A stretch of 28,765 nucleotides of DNA from Octopus sinensis (GCF_006345805.1 NW_021833555.1:1-28765), one strand, 5' to 3'. Positions 1-11,063 are shown, numbered from the stretch's first letter. Notes: generated from the letters alone by a model not told the origin. Translations and numbers: made by a program.

Positions 1-202
1 TCATGGAACCTCCCTCATTCCCCCATAAAAAAAAACAGACAAAAGCAATGTCTCCTTTTCTAAACAAAACCTCCCCAAAAACATCCGTTTTATCTAAATG
101 AACGGTGTTTGTACATTCACAAAATTCTATTTTACAAGTTCAAAAAACGAACGAAGCACTAATAATAATAATAATGAATAAATAAAAAGAATCATTTTCC
201 TT

Positions 203-224
203 TATATATATATATATATTTTAT

Positions 225-278
<54 letters not shown>
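203..278. repeat. (TA)n microsatellite
   Basis: Direct TA run with a short interruption. Confidence 0.95.
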
Positions 279-280
<2 letters not shown>

Positions 281-281
<1 letters not shown>

Positions 282-760
282 AAATAAGAAAATGGAGAAA
301 TACATCTAAATCAATTATCAACTACCAGATAATATCCAATCACATAATTTATTAAACCACTACATATGAACATTAAGGTCAAACATATTATATTATATTT
401 ATATTTTTTATATTCTCTATACATACTGTACTTATTGTACCATATTACTCCTTCATGTACAATGTTTTGTTCTATATTAATATGTTTGACCTTAATGTTC
501 ATATGTAGTGGTTTAATAAATTATGTGATTGGGTATTATCTGGTAGTTGATAATTGATTTAGATGTATTTCTCCATTTTCTTATTTTCTATTATTAATTT
601 GTGGTAAAACAGTTTACCTTCGTTCATATAATACAGTAAATGAATTAATTGCATCACAATTCCTAACATTTATGTACTAACTTTGTTGGGTACTTCACTA
701 GCAGTATATTGGATATATGTTATCCCATGGAGGGTTGCATTTACAACCCCTATCTCAATT

Positions 761-772
<12 letters not shown>
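281..772 (+). mobile_element. Penelope-like terminal-repeat (pLTR-like) fragment with a 110-bp inverted duplication, between (TA)n tracts
   Basis: Arms 281-390 and 478-587 are reverse complements with 1 mismatch and an 87-bp spacer. 478-772 is a diverged reverse-complement homolog of 5737-6020 (e.g. tatcccatggagggttgcatttacaacccctatctca vs tgagataggggttgaaaattcaacccaccatgggata). The Penelope assignment is inferred from the architecture. Confidence 0.6.
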
Positions 773-801
<29 letters not shown>

Positions 802-1136
802 GTGTCGTCTGTATGTGGAATATCTGTATACCTGTATACATAAACATACGTATACATATGTATGCATGTCCGTCTCTATGTATGTATGTAAGCATGTGTG
901 AATGCACACATGTACCTATTCATATTTGCATATATGTACAGATTCTTTTGTGTGTACATGTGAATACACAAAACGCGATTGCAAGTCTATTGTATACTAA
1001 GTCTATTGTATACAAACAAATACACGCCTACTCACAAACTCATATCCATGTATATATAACCTTCCTCTCTCACTCCTTGTAACATATACACTCACTACAT
1101 ACAAGCATAACACGCAAACACACAAACATATACCTT

Positions 1137-1430
1137 CATATATATACAAACAAATACATACATACATTTATACATTCATATATAAACATATATATATATA
1201 CATACATATATATACACGCGCATATATACATACATACATGCTTGCATACATAAAAACATACATACATGCATACATACATACATACATACATACATACATA
1301 CATACATACATGCATACATACATACATACATGCATGCATACATACATACATGCATACATACATACATACATACATACATACATACATACAACATACATAC
1401 ATACATATATACATACATGCAGACATACAT
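1137..1430. repeat. (TACA)n/(TA)n compound microsatellite
   Basis: Direct. Confidence 0.95.
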
Positions 1431-1499
1431 AGGATAATTGGGATTTCTAACACACATTAACTCAAAAAGGTGCTTTAATTCTTTCTGCTACTGAGTAAA

Positions 1500-1555
1500 G
1501 AGATAAAGAAGAAAGAGAAAGGAAGAGAGAGACAGAGTGACACAGAGAGGGAGAT

Positions 1556-1602
<47 letters not shown>
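1500..1602. repeat. (GA)n microsatellite
   Basis: Direct. Confidence 0.95.
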
Positions 1603-1607
<5 letters not shown>

Positions 1608-1721
1608 AAACAGCATGAACGAATGAGGTGTGGATAGAGGGGAAGAAACAATACAAAAGTTAGGTACACGTGTACTACTCTGTCATACAAAACTACAAAT
1701 TCAAAATGATAAAAATCCAAT

Positions 1722-1937
1722 ACTTACTCTTTACTCTCTCTTTTACTTGTTTCAGTCATTTGACTGCGGCCATGCTGGAGCACCGCCTTTAGTCGAGCAA
1801 ATCGACCCCTGGACCTATTCTTTGTAAACCCAGTACTTATTATATCGGTCTGTTTTGCCGAACCGCTAAGTGACGGGGACGTAAACACACCAGCATTGGT
1901 TGTCAAGCAATGCTAGGGAATAAACACAGACACACAA

Positions 1938-1980
<43 letters not shown>

Positions 1981-2141
1981 TACGACAGGCTTCTTTCAGT
2001 TTCCGACTACCAAATCCACTCACAAGGCATTGGTCGGCCCGGGGCTTATAGCAGAAGACACTTGCCCAAGATGCCACGCAGTGGGACTGAACCCGGAACC
2101 ATGTGATTGGTTAGCAAGCTACTTACCACACAGCCACTCCT
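1722..2141 (-). mobile_element. tRNA-derived SINE, family A, full length with internal microsatellite
   Basis: Reverse complement of 21068-21475. Head aggagtggctgtgtggtaag...gggttcagtccc has A/B-box-like motifs; tail ...gaaacaagtaaaagag. Confidence 0.9.
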
Positions 2142-2196
2142 TGTTTTTTGTTTTTTTTTTAACACAGGAACATATGCGGAACAATTATGGGACATA

Positions 2197-2349
2197 ATTG
2201 GGTCGCGAGATAAATAAAATGGGTCGCGTGAACAAAAGAAGGGCAGAAAAATTAAACGCAACTGGGTACAAAATGCTGAATATACAGCATTTTCCAAACT
2301 GTGAGTCCCGAACGTTCACTGGGTCGCGACAAAAGTTTGAAAAATTCTG
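2197..2349. mobile_element. hAT (Charlie-like) non-autonomous DNA transposon remnant
   Basis: Repeated GGGTCGCG subterminal motifs at 2200, 2221 and 2321. TIR-like pair cagcattttccaaact (2285-2300) / agtttgaaaaattctg (2334-2349), 14/16 match. No matching TSD. Confidence 0.5.
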
Positions 2350-2553
2350 ATGTAAATGGTCAGTCGTTGTATGCTAGAAATAGCTGTCAATCTCACCTGT
2401 ATTATACTTTATAATGAATATAGAAGAGGGAAACTGGCTTAGTAAGAGTCGATGGAGCAACCGTAAGAAGGAGGGACCTTGCACTATTTCTTCCGGTTCA
2501 CTGCAACCTAAGTTCAAATCCCGCCGAGGTGAATGTTGCCATTCACGTAGGAA

Positions 2554-2695
2554 CAGGTTTGGCTGTGTGGTAAGAAGCTTGCTTCCCAACCGCATGGCTC
2601 CGGGTTCAGTCCCCCTGCTTTGGTCAAGTGTCATCTACTATAGCTTCGGGCCGAGCAAAGCCCTGTGAGTGGGGACTGAAAGATGCCCGTCGCAT
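2554..2695 (+). mobile_element. SINE family A, 5' half
   Basis: ggctgtgtggtaagaagcttgcttcccaacc...gggttcagtccc...ctgaaagatgcccgtcg aligns to 21075-21232. Confidence 0.85.
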
Positions 2696-2699
2696 ATGT

Positions 2700-2720
2700 C
2701 TATCTATCTATCTATCTATC

Positions 2721-2782
<62 letters not shown>

Positions 2783-2785
2783 CAT

Positions 2786-2829
<44 letters not shown>
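2700..2829. repeat. (TATC)n + (TA)n microsatellite
   Basis: Direct. Confidence 0.95.
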
Positions 2830-2831
<2 letters not shown>

Positions 2832-2938
2832 TGTGACCGACCAGGCCATCAGATGTTGCTACACATCGCTGGTCACAATGCGATTCACATTGTTTTAGCC
2901 TTCAATGACGCCACCTCGCTGGCTAAGCGAGCAGGCCA
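2830..2938 (-). mobile_element. Probable SINE 3'-tail fragment between (TA)n tracts
   Basis: GC-richer block bounded by TA runs. Recognised as resembling a common octopus SINE tail; there is no second copy in the window. Confidence 0.4.
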
Positions 2939-3206
2939 TATATATATATATATATATAACAATTTAATAAATAAAATATATGCATACATACATACATATA
3001 TGTACATACCTACATTTAAATATGTATATATATATATACATGCATATATGAGTACAGGACACCACAAATAAACGTAGAACACAATGAGAAACGAAAACAT
3101 AAAACCAAACAAGGAAACGGACCTTTTTTTAACAACGATAAAACAGAGTACAAACAGCAGAAGGAACATTCCCCTTCTTCAGCTGCCCCTATTTCGACTC
3201 AATGCG

Positions 3207-3300
<94 letters not shown>
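3207..3300. repeat. (AGAT)n microsatellite
   Basis: Direct. Confidence 0.95.
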
Positions 3301-3301
<1 letters not shown>

Positions 3302-3642
3302 AACACACGTACAACTGCTACGAAAGAGGCTAATATTTATTCCATTTATTGCTAATTTAAGAACCGATCAACGCATGTGTTGTATGTGAAATATATCAGT
3401 GGATCATTACGAAGAGAAAAATATACAAAATTTACGAATGTTTCCTGACAACTAAAATGCTACTTTCTTTAATGATTCCTTCTTAACAACATCGCTATTC
3501 TTATGAGAGTCGCCTCCCTTACATCAAACGCAATCAGAGTGAAACCACTTAGTTATGATGTTCACAGTTATATCTATAGATACCTGCGTTTAAAAAGGTT
3601 GTGTTTGGTCTATCTATCTTATCTATCGACAGATTGATCTGT

Positions 3643-4030
3643 CAGTTGTGGCTATGTGGTAAAAAGTTTGCTTCTCAACTACATGGCTCCGGCTTCAGTC
3701 CCACGGGGCAGTACCTTCTATTATAGTCTCGGGTCCGCCAAAGCCTTGTGAGTGGATTTGAGGATTTCGTAGACTTAAACAGAAATAAGATCGTCGCATG
3801 TATGTGCGTGTGTGTGTGTGAGCACGTGTGCACTTTCGTTTGTACCCACGACCGCTTGGGAAATGTTGGTGGTGTCTTTGCGTCCCCGTAACTTAGTCAC
3901 TGAACAAAGAATCCCATAGAATGGGTAATAATATTTCTTAAAATAAGTACGGAAGTCGATTCGTTTCACTAAATTTCTTCAAGGTGGAGCTGCAGCATGG
4001 CCACTGTCTAATGCCTGAAATATATAAACA
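3643..4030 (+). mobile_element. SINE family A, old diverged full-length copy
   Basis: gtggctatgtggtaaaaagtttgc...ccaaagccttgtgagtggattt...cgtccccgtaacttag...cagcatggcc is colinear with 21068-21475. Confidence 0.85.
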
Positions 4031-4058
4031 ATAATATATGTGCGCACGCACGTGTATA

Positions 4059-4938
4059 CAGGGTGTGATGAGTAAATTGTAATCACTTTATATTTTTTTG
4101 GTTTCACGCATGCGTATTGTTTATTCTTCATTTAGTCGACTACACAGTATAGTAGGGTTAGTTGGGCACCGTCTTTCAGAATAACAGCACCATGACGCAA
4201 TTCACTCTGCCAAAAATTTGGAAACGGCATGCTGTAGTGTTTGACATTCGCGCCGGAAGCTATAATACGAACATATAAGAGTGTTTGGGTGTGAATCTGA
4301 GGGCAGTGCAATCTGAGGAGATGTACAGAGACTGATAAAAAGCAAACAACTAGTCAAAATCATGGTGTTTGGAGTGATACCTAGTGATAGTGATGTTATG
4401 CCTCCATTTTTCTATCCACACGGTCTCACACTCAACACGGGCACCTACATCAAGTGTCTGGATGAGGTAGTGTTGTTCTGGGTCAAAGGGGTGGCTGCTG
4501 GAAGACCCTATGCCTGGCAACAAAACTCTGTACCATGCCACACAAGCGGGAAAACCCAGTCATGGCTGTCAGACAATTTCTTCGACCATATCACCCCTAA
4601 CATCTGCCCACCTAACTCCCCAGACTGCAACCTCCTTGATTATTATGTGAGGGGCGTAGTTTAGCGTGAGGCCAACAAAACTCCTTGTAACACCAAAGAT
4701 GAACCGAAGGCAAGGTTTGCGACAAAATTCCCCAACTTAAACAAGAAAACCTTTCCAGAAGAGTTGCATGAGATTCCGAAATCGTCTGGAAGCCAATGGC
4801 GATTTTATTGAATAACTTTACTTTTTAGTATTTCAAGTTATTTCTATGTATTTTTTGTAAATATGTATGTTAAAATAAAATGTCACTGTAATTTTAATTT
4901 TTGCGTAATTTAGACGACAGCTTATTTACGGTACTCTG
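4059..4938 (+). mobile_element. Tc1/mariner superfamily transposon, DD37D (maT-type), internally deleted and inactive
   Basis: TA on both sides (4057-58, 4939-40) and degenerate TIRs cagggtg.../...tactctg. N-terminal start MTQFTLPKIWKRHAVV at 4192 has a premature stop; the catalytic-domain ORF is 4362-4664. Confidence 0.85.
4362..4664 (+). pseudogene. DD37D transposase catalytic-domain remnant
   Basis: WQQNSVPCHTS...PPNSPDCNLLDY corresponds to QQD-x37-D with the second Asp mutated to Asn; 37 residues counted between N and the final D. Confidence 0.85.
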
Positions 4939-4940
4939 TA

Positions 4941-5214
4941 TACTTCGTTTATGAATCTCGTTTGCAAGACTCTTTATATTAATTATTGTGTTGAAACAAA
5001 TTTTGTTGTTATCTAGGTAGAGTCATGCTGCTTTAATAAATTATTATTTATTAATTAAAGAATTGACAACAATATCTTACAGCTGTTTCAATTCAAGACC
5101 TTCACAAATTAATTACTAAGATTGAAAATTATTTGAAAGTCGAATTTCGTCAGATGTAGTTTAAGATATACAAAATAGGTGTTCAATTCCTGCATCTAGA
5201 TTTTCCGGCTGCAA
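4941..5214 (-). mobile_element. Hammerhead-bearing Penelope-like short repeat
   Basis: Non-coding block ending at (TA)n and containing the HHR motif at 5071-5160. Boundaries approximate. Confidence 0.55.
5071..5160 (-). ncRNA. Type I hammerhead ribozyme motif (core boxes intact, helix I imperfect)
   Basis: Minus strand: CTGACGA (5153-5147), helix II aattc...gaatt (5146-5090), GAAAC (5089-5085), AGCT, GTA (5080-5078), then agatat. Confidence 0.7.
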
Positions 5215-5424
5215 TATATATATTATATATATATATATAATATATTATATATATGAGGAGGATGACCACTAGGTGGACATCCCTCTTATATGTATGTAAT
5301 ATAATTTTTCTGAATCTTCAGAATTTTTCAATATGCTAGGCCGCTGGTTTAAATTCATATTAATCAAATTAATATGAATTTTTAAACTTTATTATTTAAA
5401 TATATATATATATATATATATATT

Positions 5425-5713
5425 ATAGGAAAAAAGCAACAAGAATGGATTAAAATCTCGGTACAATTGTTTCGTACGAGGACATCTTTAATAAGCTAAC
5501 GAAAAATGCTACAAAAAATGTAGCTTATTAAAGATGTCCTCGTACGAAACAATTGTACCGAGATTTTAATCCATTCTTGTTGCTTTTTTCCTATTTGTAA
5601 TCACCCCACTTGTCGTATGGTTAACACCATATAGATTTCCGGTGCATCCTAGTTAAGGACTATATTCATGTGAATTCATTAGAATTCACTTGAATCTCAA
5701 TTATTTAAACCGA
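5425..5713 (+). mobile_element. Penelope-like short repeat with a perfect 74-bp inverted duplication, containing the 3' half of a hammerhead
   Basis: Arms 5425-5498 / 5521-5594 are perfect. cgtac-GAAAC-AATT-GTA-ccgagat lies at 5541-5564. Homologous to 22385-22454; flanked by (TA)n. Confidence 0.7.
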
Positions 5714-5736
5714 ATATATATATATATATATATATA

Positions 5737-6149
5737 GGTTATAAAATGAGATAGGGGTTGAAAATTCAACCCACCATGGGATAATTATATCCAATATCAT
5801 TACTGCCAGATAGGTACCCAACAAGATTAATACATAGATGTTAAAAATTGTCAAACAATCAGTTCATCTATTGTATTATATGGGTAAAGGTAATAATATT
5901 ACCGTAAATTAATACTACAAAATTAGAGAATGGAGAAACATACTTAAATTAATAAAACATCAACTATCCGATGATACCCAATCAATACTTTAATACACCA
6001 TTACATATGAGTAAAGGCATTATACAAAATGAGATATACAGTAATAATAAAAAGATAAAGAGATATAAGTAAAAAATTTCAAATATAATATGCAATTAAA
6101 TCAAAACTGACAGCTGTTTCGGTAGTGAGGGCAGTCATACCTCATTTAA

Positions 6150-6151
<2 letters not shown>
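5737..6151 (-). mobile_element. Penelope-like short repeat, 5'-truncated within a hammerhead core
   Basis: Bounded by (TA)n. Minus strand starts ggttaa-ATGA-ggtatgactgccctcactacc-GAAAC-AGCT-GTC. Homolog of 391-772. Confidence 0.6.
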
Positions 6152-6186
<35 letters not shown>

Positions 6187-6432
6187 GCATATATATATTA
6201 TATATATACATATATACATATATACATACATACATACATACATACAGACATACATACATACATACATACATACATACTACATACATACATACATACATAT
6301 ATATATTTATACATACATACACACGCATATATATATATATATATATATAGTTATATATATATATATATATATATATACAGAGAGAGAGAGACAGACAGAC
6401 AGAGACAAAGAGACAGAGAGACAGAGAGAGAG
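6152..6432. repeat. (TA)n/(TACA)n/(GA)n compound microsatellite
   Basis: Direct. Confidence 0.95.
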
Positions 6433-6727
6433 AAATCCTAATAGTATACATTGTGCATAGATTTAGTTGTACGACCGCTTATGCTGAGTTTCGTGTTCCG
6501 TGCATTTGTTCAGTATCGCATAATGCAATAAACAGTTACCCTTGTTATGGTTCAGCATCCAATTGCTCTCGGAACAGGCAAAGCAGACCTTATAAATAAC
6601 AACATTTGTGAAACGTAAGTAGGGAACAAATTATTAAAGCTTGTGCTCATCATAATTTTCTCCTTTATGTAAATACATACGTGCATATATAGATATATTG
6701 CTGTTCTTGTGGTTACACTTAATTCAC

Positions 6728-6762
<35 letters not shown>

Positions 6763-6828
6763 TATTATTATTATTATTATTCATTATTATTATTATATTA
6801 TCATTTTATTATTATTCATCATTATCAT

Positions 6829-6887
<59 letters not shown>

Positions 6888-6996
6888 TATTATTATTCAT
6901 TATTATATGTATTATTATTATTATTATTATTATTATATTATTATTATTATTATCATTATTATTATTATTGTTATTATTATTATTATTATTATTATT
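6728..6996. repeat. (TAT)n/(CAT)n compound microsatellite
   Basis: Direct. Confidence 0.95.
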
Positions 6997-7575
6997 AGCA
7001 TTTTTATTGCACTTAATGCAAGCTCAAATTTGTGAAATGAAGACCCAAAGGAAACATCTGGCTCCTGTTATTCATGCAGACTGGCAATAAACCTCTCAGT
7101 ATTGATCTGGAAACTAAGGGAAAGATCATCAGCTTCTTCCAGCATCAAACTTAATTTTAACGTTTCAAAATGTTTATTCTGTATGCTCGCTTGAAAGACT
7201 CTAGCCGCTTTAAAAACAAAATAAAAAACTTGAGAAACTCCGTGACTGTATAAATACAAGTAGCGAGATGTTTTCTTCGTGTCCGCATGTTATAAAATAC
7301 ATCTTAGCGGGATTTCATAATAAAGAATCGAATATATCATAAAGAATTCCATTGTTGGCTCAGGAATATTTTTGATAGTTGTAAATGACTGCTGATATTT
7401 ACTTTAATCTTAATTATCTCCCCTTTATTTCTCTGTGACTTCTAAATGCGCATGCTCATTCAAATGTCGATTGCATCGAATGCAGTTTCTAAACCATCTT
7501 GTATTTTTTTTAGCAGATTGATAAATGGCGAAATTAATTAGTATTTCTTCCAAGAAGCCTTAGGTAGTGGCACAG

Positions 7576-7780
7576 ATGTGTGTGTGTGTATATGTGTGTA
7601 TGTGTGCGTGTTTCTGTGTATGCGTTCGTGTGTGTGTGTTTGTTTGTGTGCATTTGTGTGTGTACGTGTGTATGTGTGCATTTGTGTGTTTGTATGCGTT
7701 TGTGTGTTTGTGTGCGTGTGTTTGTTTGCGTGTGTGTTTGTATGTATATATGTATGTATGTATGTATGTATCTATGTATA
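7576..7780. repeat. Degenerate (TG)n/(TATG)n tract
   Basis: Direct. Confidence 0.9.
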
Positions 7781-8149
7781 TGCCAACATATATTCGATAG
7801 GAATTTGTATAGTTTTTGTTAACCGACTTTCTCTCACAAAACATTTGTTCTCGGACAATGTAATTGTAGAAAAGTCTCTCCTTGTTTTCTCGACCACTTG
7901 TCTATCAGGTCGTTCCGAAGTACTCCGTATTTGCGTAAGAAAGTTTACGAAAATCTTGATATAATTTTGTCAAGTATATATAACTTTAACATAAATTAAC
8001 GAATGCTTCGAAAATACCGCATGTATTCCATAAAATATGTAAAGTTGGAACGAAAATAAGAACTTAGATAGAATATAAAGACCCACAAGAAATATATGGA
8101 ATAAAAAAACAACTGTAAATAAGTTACTGTTTGTAATGAAGGCGAAGAT

Positions 8150-8285
8150 ACCGGAGTTTTTGCAGGGTCATCAGCACCTCACACAAAATGATCAACAGCA
8201 TTTTCTTTGGAGTTCTAAGTTCAAATCTTGCGGAGGACATCTTTACTTTTAATCCCTTCGGAATCATTTAAGTAAGGTACCAACC
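8150..8285 (+). mobile_element. Highly decayed SINE family C
   Basis: agttcaaatcttgcggaggacatctttacttttaatcccttcgg...aaggtacca resembles the family C core gttcaaattccgccgaggtcgactttgcctttcatcctttcgg. Confidence 0.5.
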
Positions 8286-8514
8286 AACACTACCATCACC
8301 CTGAAACCGGCAGCACTTGAGCCCGGCTACGTATCAATGTCCCCTGCAGGAGACTGTTGTGATGTCCGTCAGATATACGCTATGGAAGCCGGATAACCGG
8401 CCGTGAGGGTTCTAGACCTCTTTAAAAGAAAGAAAAAGGCAACAAAAGATTCTGACAAAGAGCTAGCAAATTTGAAATGGAAATAGAGTTTAAAGCTATA
8501 ACCGAACCATGTAT

Positions 8515-8660
8515 TAGAATGGTATTCTTTTATATTTGACCCTTGAGAGACGAAAGGTAAATTTAGCATGAGAGAAATCTGAACTCAAGGTGTAAAGAAC
8601 TAAAGCAATTAAGTCAGGGCATTTCGCTCAAGTGGCGCTCTAACGATTTTGTGAAACCAC
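8515..8660 (-). mobile_element. Highly decayed SINE family C
   Basis: Reverse complement shows aatcgttagagc...gaaatgc...tgagttcagatt...acctttcgtctctc...gggtcaaatataa. Confidence 0.45.
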
Positions 8661-8699
8661 TGGTTATATCGTACAAATAAATAGAAGATATAAATAAAA

Positions 8700-9330
<631 letters not shown>

Positions 9331-9976
9331 ACTATTTGTGATGGAAGAAATGTAACAGGAAAATACTGTACATAAAAGTGAATCAAAAATAAAGATATGG
9401 CTACCGTAAGATGGGTGGTCGACAAAGGATTTCAAATAAACAATAAAATATGTTTGTCCACCACACGTGCCAATCCTCAGTAGCAGTTCCAAAAGGGTTA
9501 ACCATACATACTAAGCATTGCAGTTCTATGCTGCTAGTAACAAGAACTGTCAGATACGCTCTATTTAGATCTGAAGAATAACAGAGTAGCGTTGGAATAC
9601 TATAACGGAAGTCATCTCTTGAATTTTTCTGGCGTGTCGCTAGTAAATCATTCTCGCAGCCGTAACCCTCTCTCGCTCGCCTCCTCTTCACCGAGCTCCC
9701 ATACCACCTTTTTTTCTTGTTGTTGTTGTTGTTGTTGTTTTTCATCACGTTACTACCACGACAAATATTCGTTCTGTTATGTTTGTGCTTCGAGAAAGAT
9801 TTTTGGGATTGAAAAAAAAACAAAAAAAAAAAAACAACAACAACAGAAGAACAAAGAAAAAAACAAGCAAACAAACAAAAAATAAGAGCTGACATTGCAA
9901 CCGTTTCTCACTACATGTCATTCCTTGGAAAATGTTGAGGTTGTTTTTGTTGTTGTGGTGGTGGTGGTGGTAGTGT

Positions 9977-10021
9977 TCGTCGTCGTCATCGTCAACATCA
10001 TCATCATCATCATCACCATCG

Positions 10022-10078
<57 letters not shown>

Positions 10079-10189
10079 CAATCGTCATCATCATCATCAT
10101 CATCATCATCATCAACGTCATCTTCACCAACGTCATCATCGTCATCATCATCATCATCATCATCATCGTCATCGTCATCTTCACCATCG

Positions 10190-10221
<32 letters not shown>

Positions 10222-10246
10222 GTCATCGTCATCTTCACCATCGTCG

Positions 10247-10285
<39 letters not shown>

Positions 10286-10342
10286 CAATCATCATCATCA
10301 TCATCATCATCACAATCATCATCATCATCACCATCACCATCG

Positions 10343-10374
<32 letters not shown>

Positions 10375-10399
10375 GTCATCGTCATCTTCACCATCGTCG

Positions 10400-10438
<39 letters not shown>

Positions 10439-10612
10439 CATCATCATCATCATCATCATCATCACAATCATCATCATCATCACCATCACCATCGTCATCA
10501 TCATCGTCGTCATCATCTCATCATCATCGTCATCGTCATCTTCACCATCGTCATCATCATCATCATCACATCATCATCATCATCATCGTCATCGTCATCT
10601 TCACCATCGTCG

Positions 10613-10651
<39 letters not shown>

Positions 10652-10718
10652 CAATCATCATCATCACATCATCATCATCATCATCACAATCATCATCATC
10701 ACATCATCATCATCATCG

Positions 10719-10750
<32 letters not shown>

Positions 10751-10785
10751 GTCATCGTCATCTCACCATCGTCGTCATCATCATC

Positions 10786-10835
<50 letters not shown>

Positions 10836-10898
10836 CAATCATCATCATCATCATCACCATCACCATCGTCATCATCATCATCGTCATCATCATCGTCG

Positions 10899-10936
<38 letters not shown>

Positions 10937-10955
10937 GTCATCACCATCGTCGTCG

Positions 10956-10995
<40 letters not shown>
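9977..10995. repeat. About 1-kb (CAT)n trinucleotide array with higher-order variant units
   Basis: Direct; recurring gtcatcttcacca variants. Confidence 0.95.
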
Positions 10996-11063
10996 TACCG
11001 TTGTATCGTTACTGTGTGTTATTCCTGCATTGTAATTATAATTGTGATCGTAATTATAATCAC

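Noticed and set aside
311-557. Two mirror-image 63-aa ORFs with identical N- and C-termini on opposite strands
   Set aside because: Artefact of the 110-bp inverted repeat; no coding signal.
3046-3206. Repeat-like block with minus-strand CTGAAGA followed by a hairpin (possible hammerhead)
   Set aside because: No downstream GAAA/UH in the correct order in this copy.
7080-7155. Short open frame GNKPLSIDLETKGKIISFFQH after a CAG
   Set aside because: Too short; no recognisable family or supporting exon structure.
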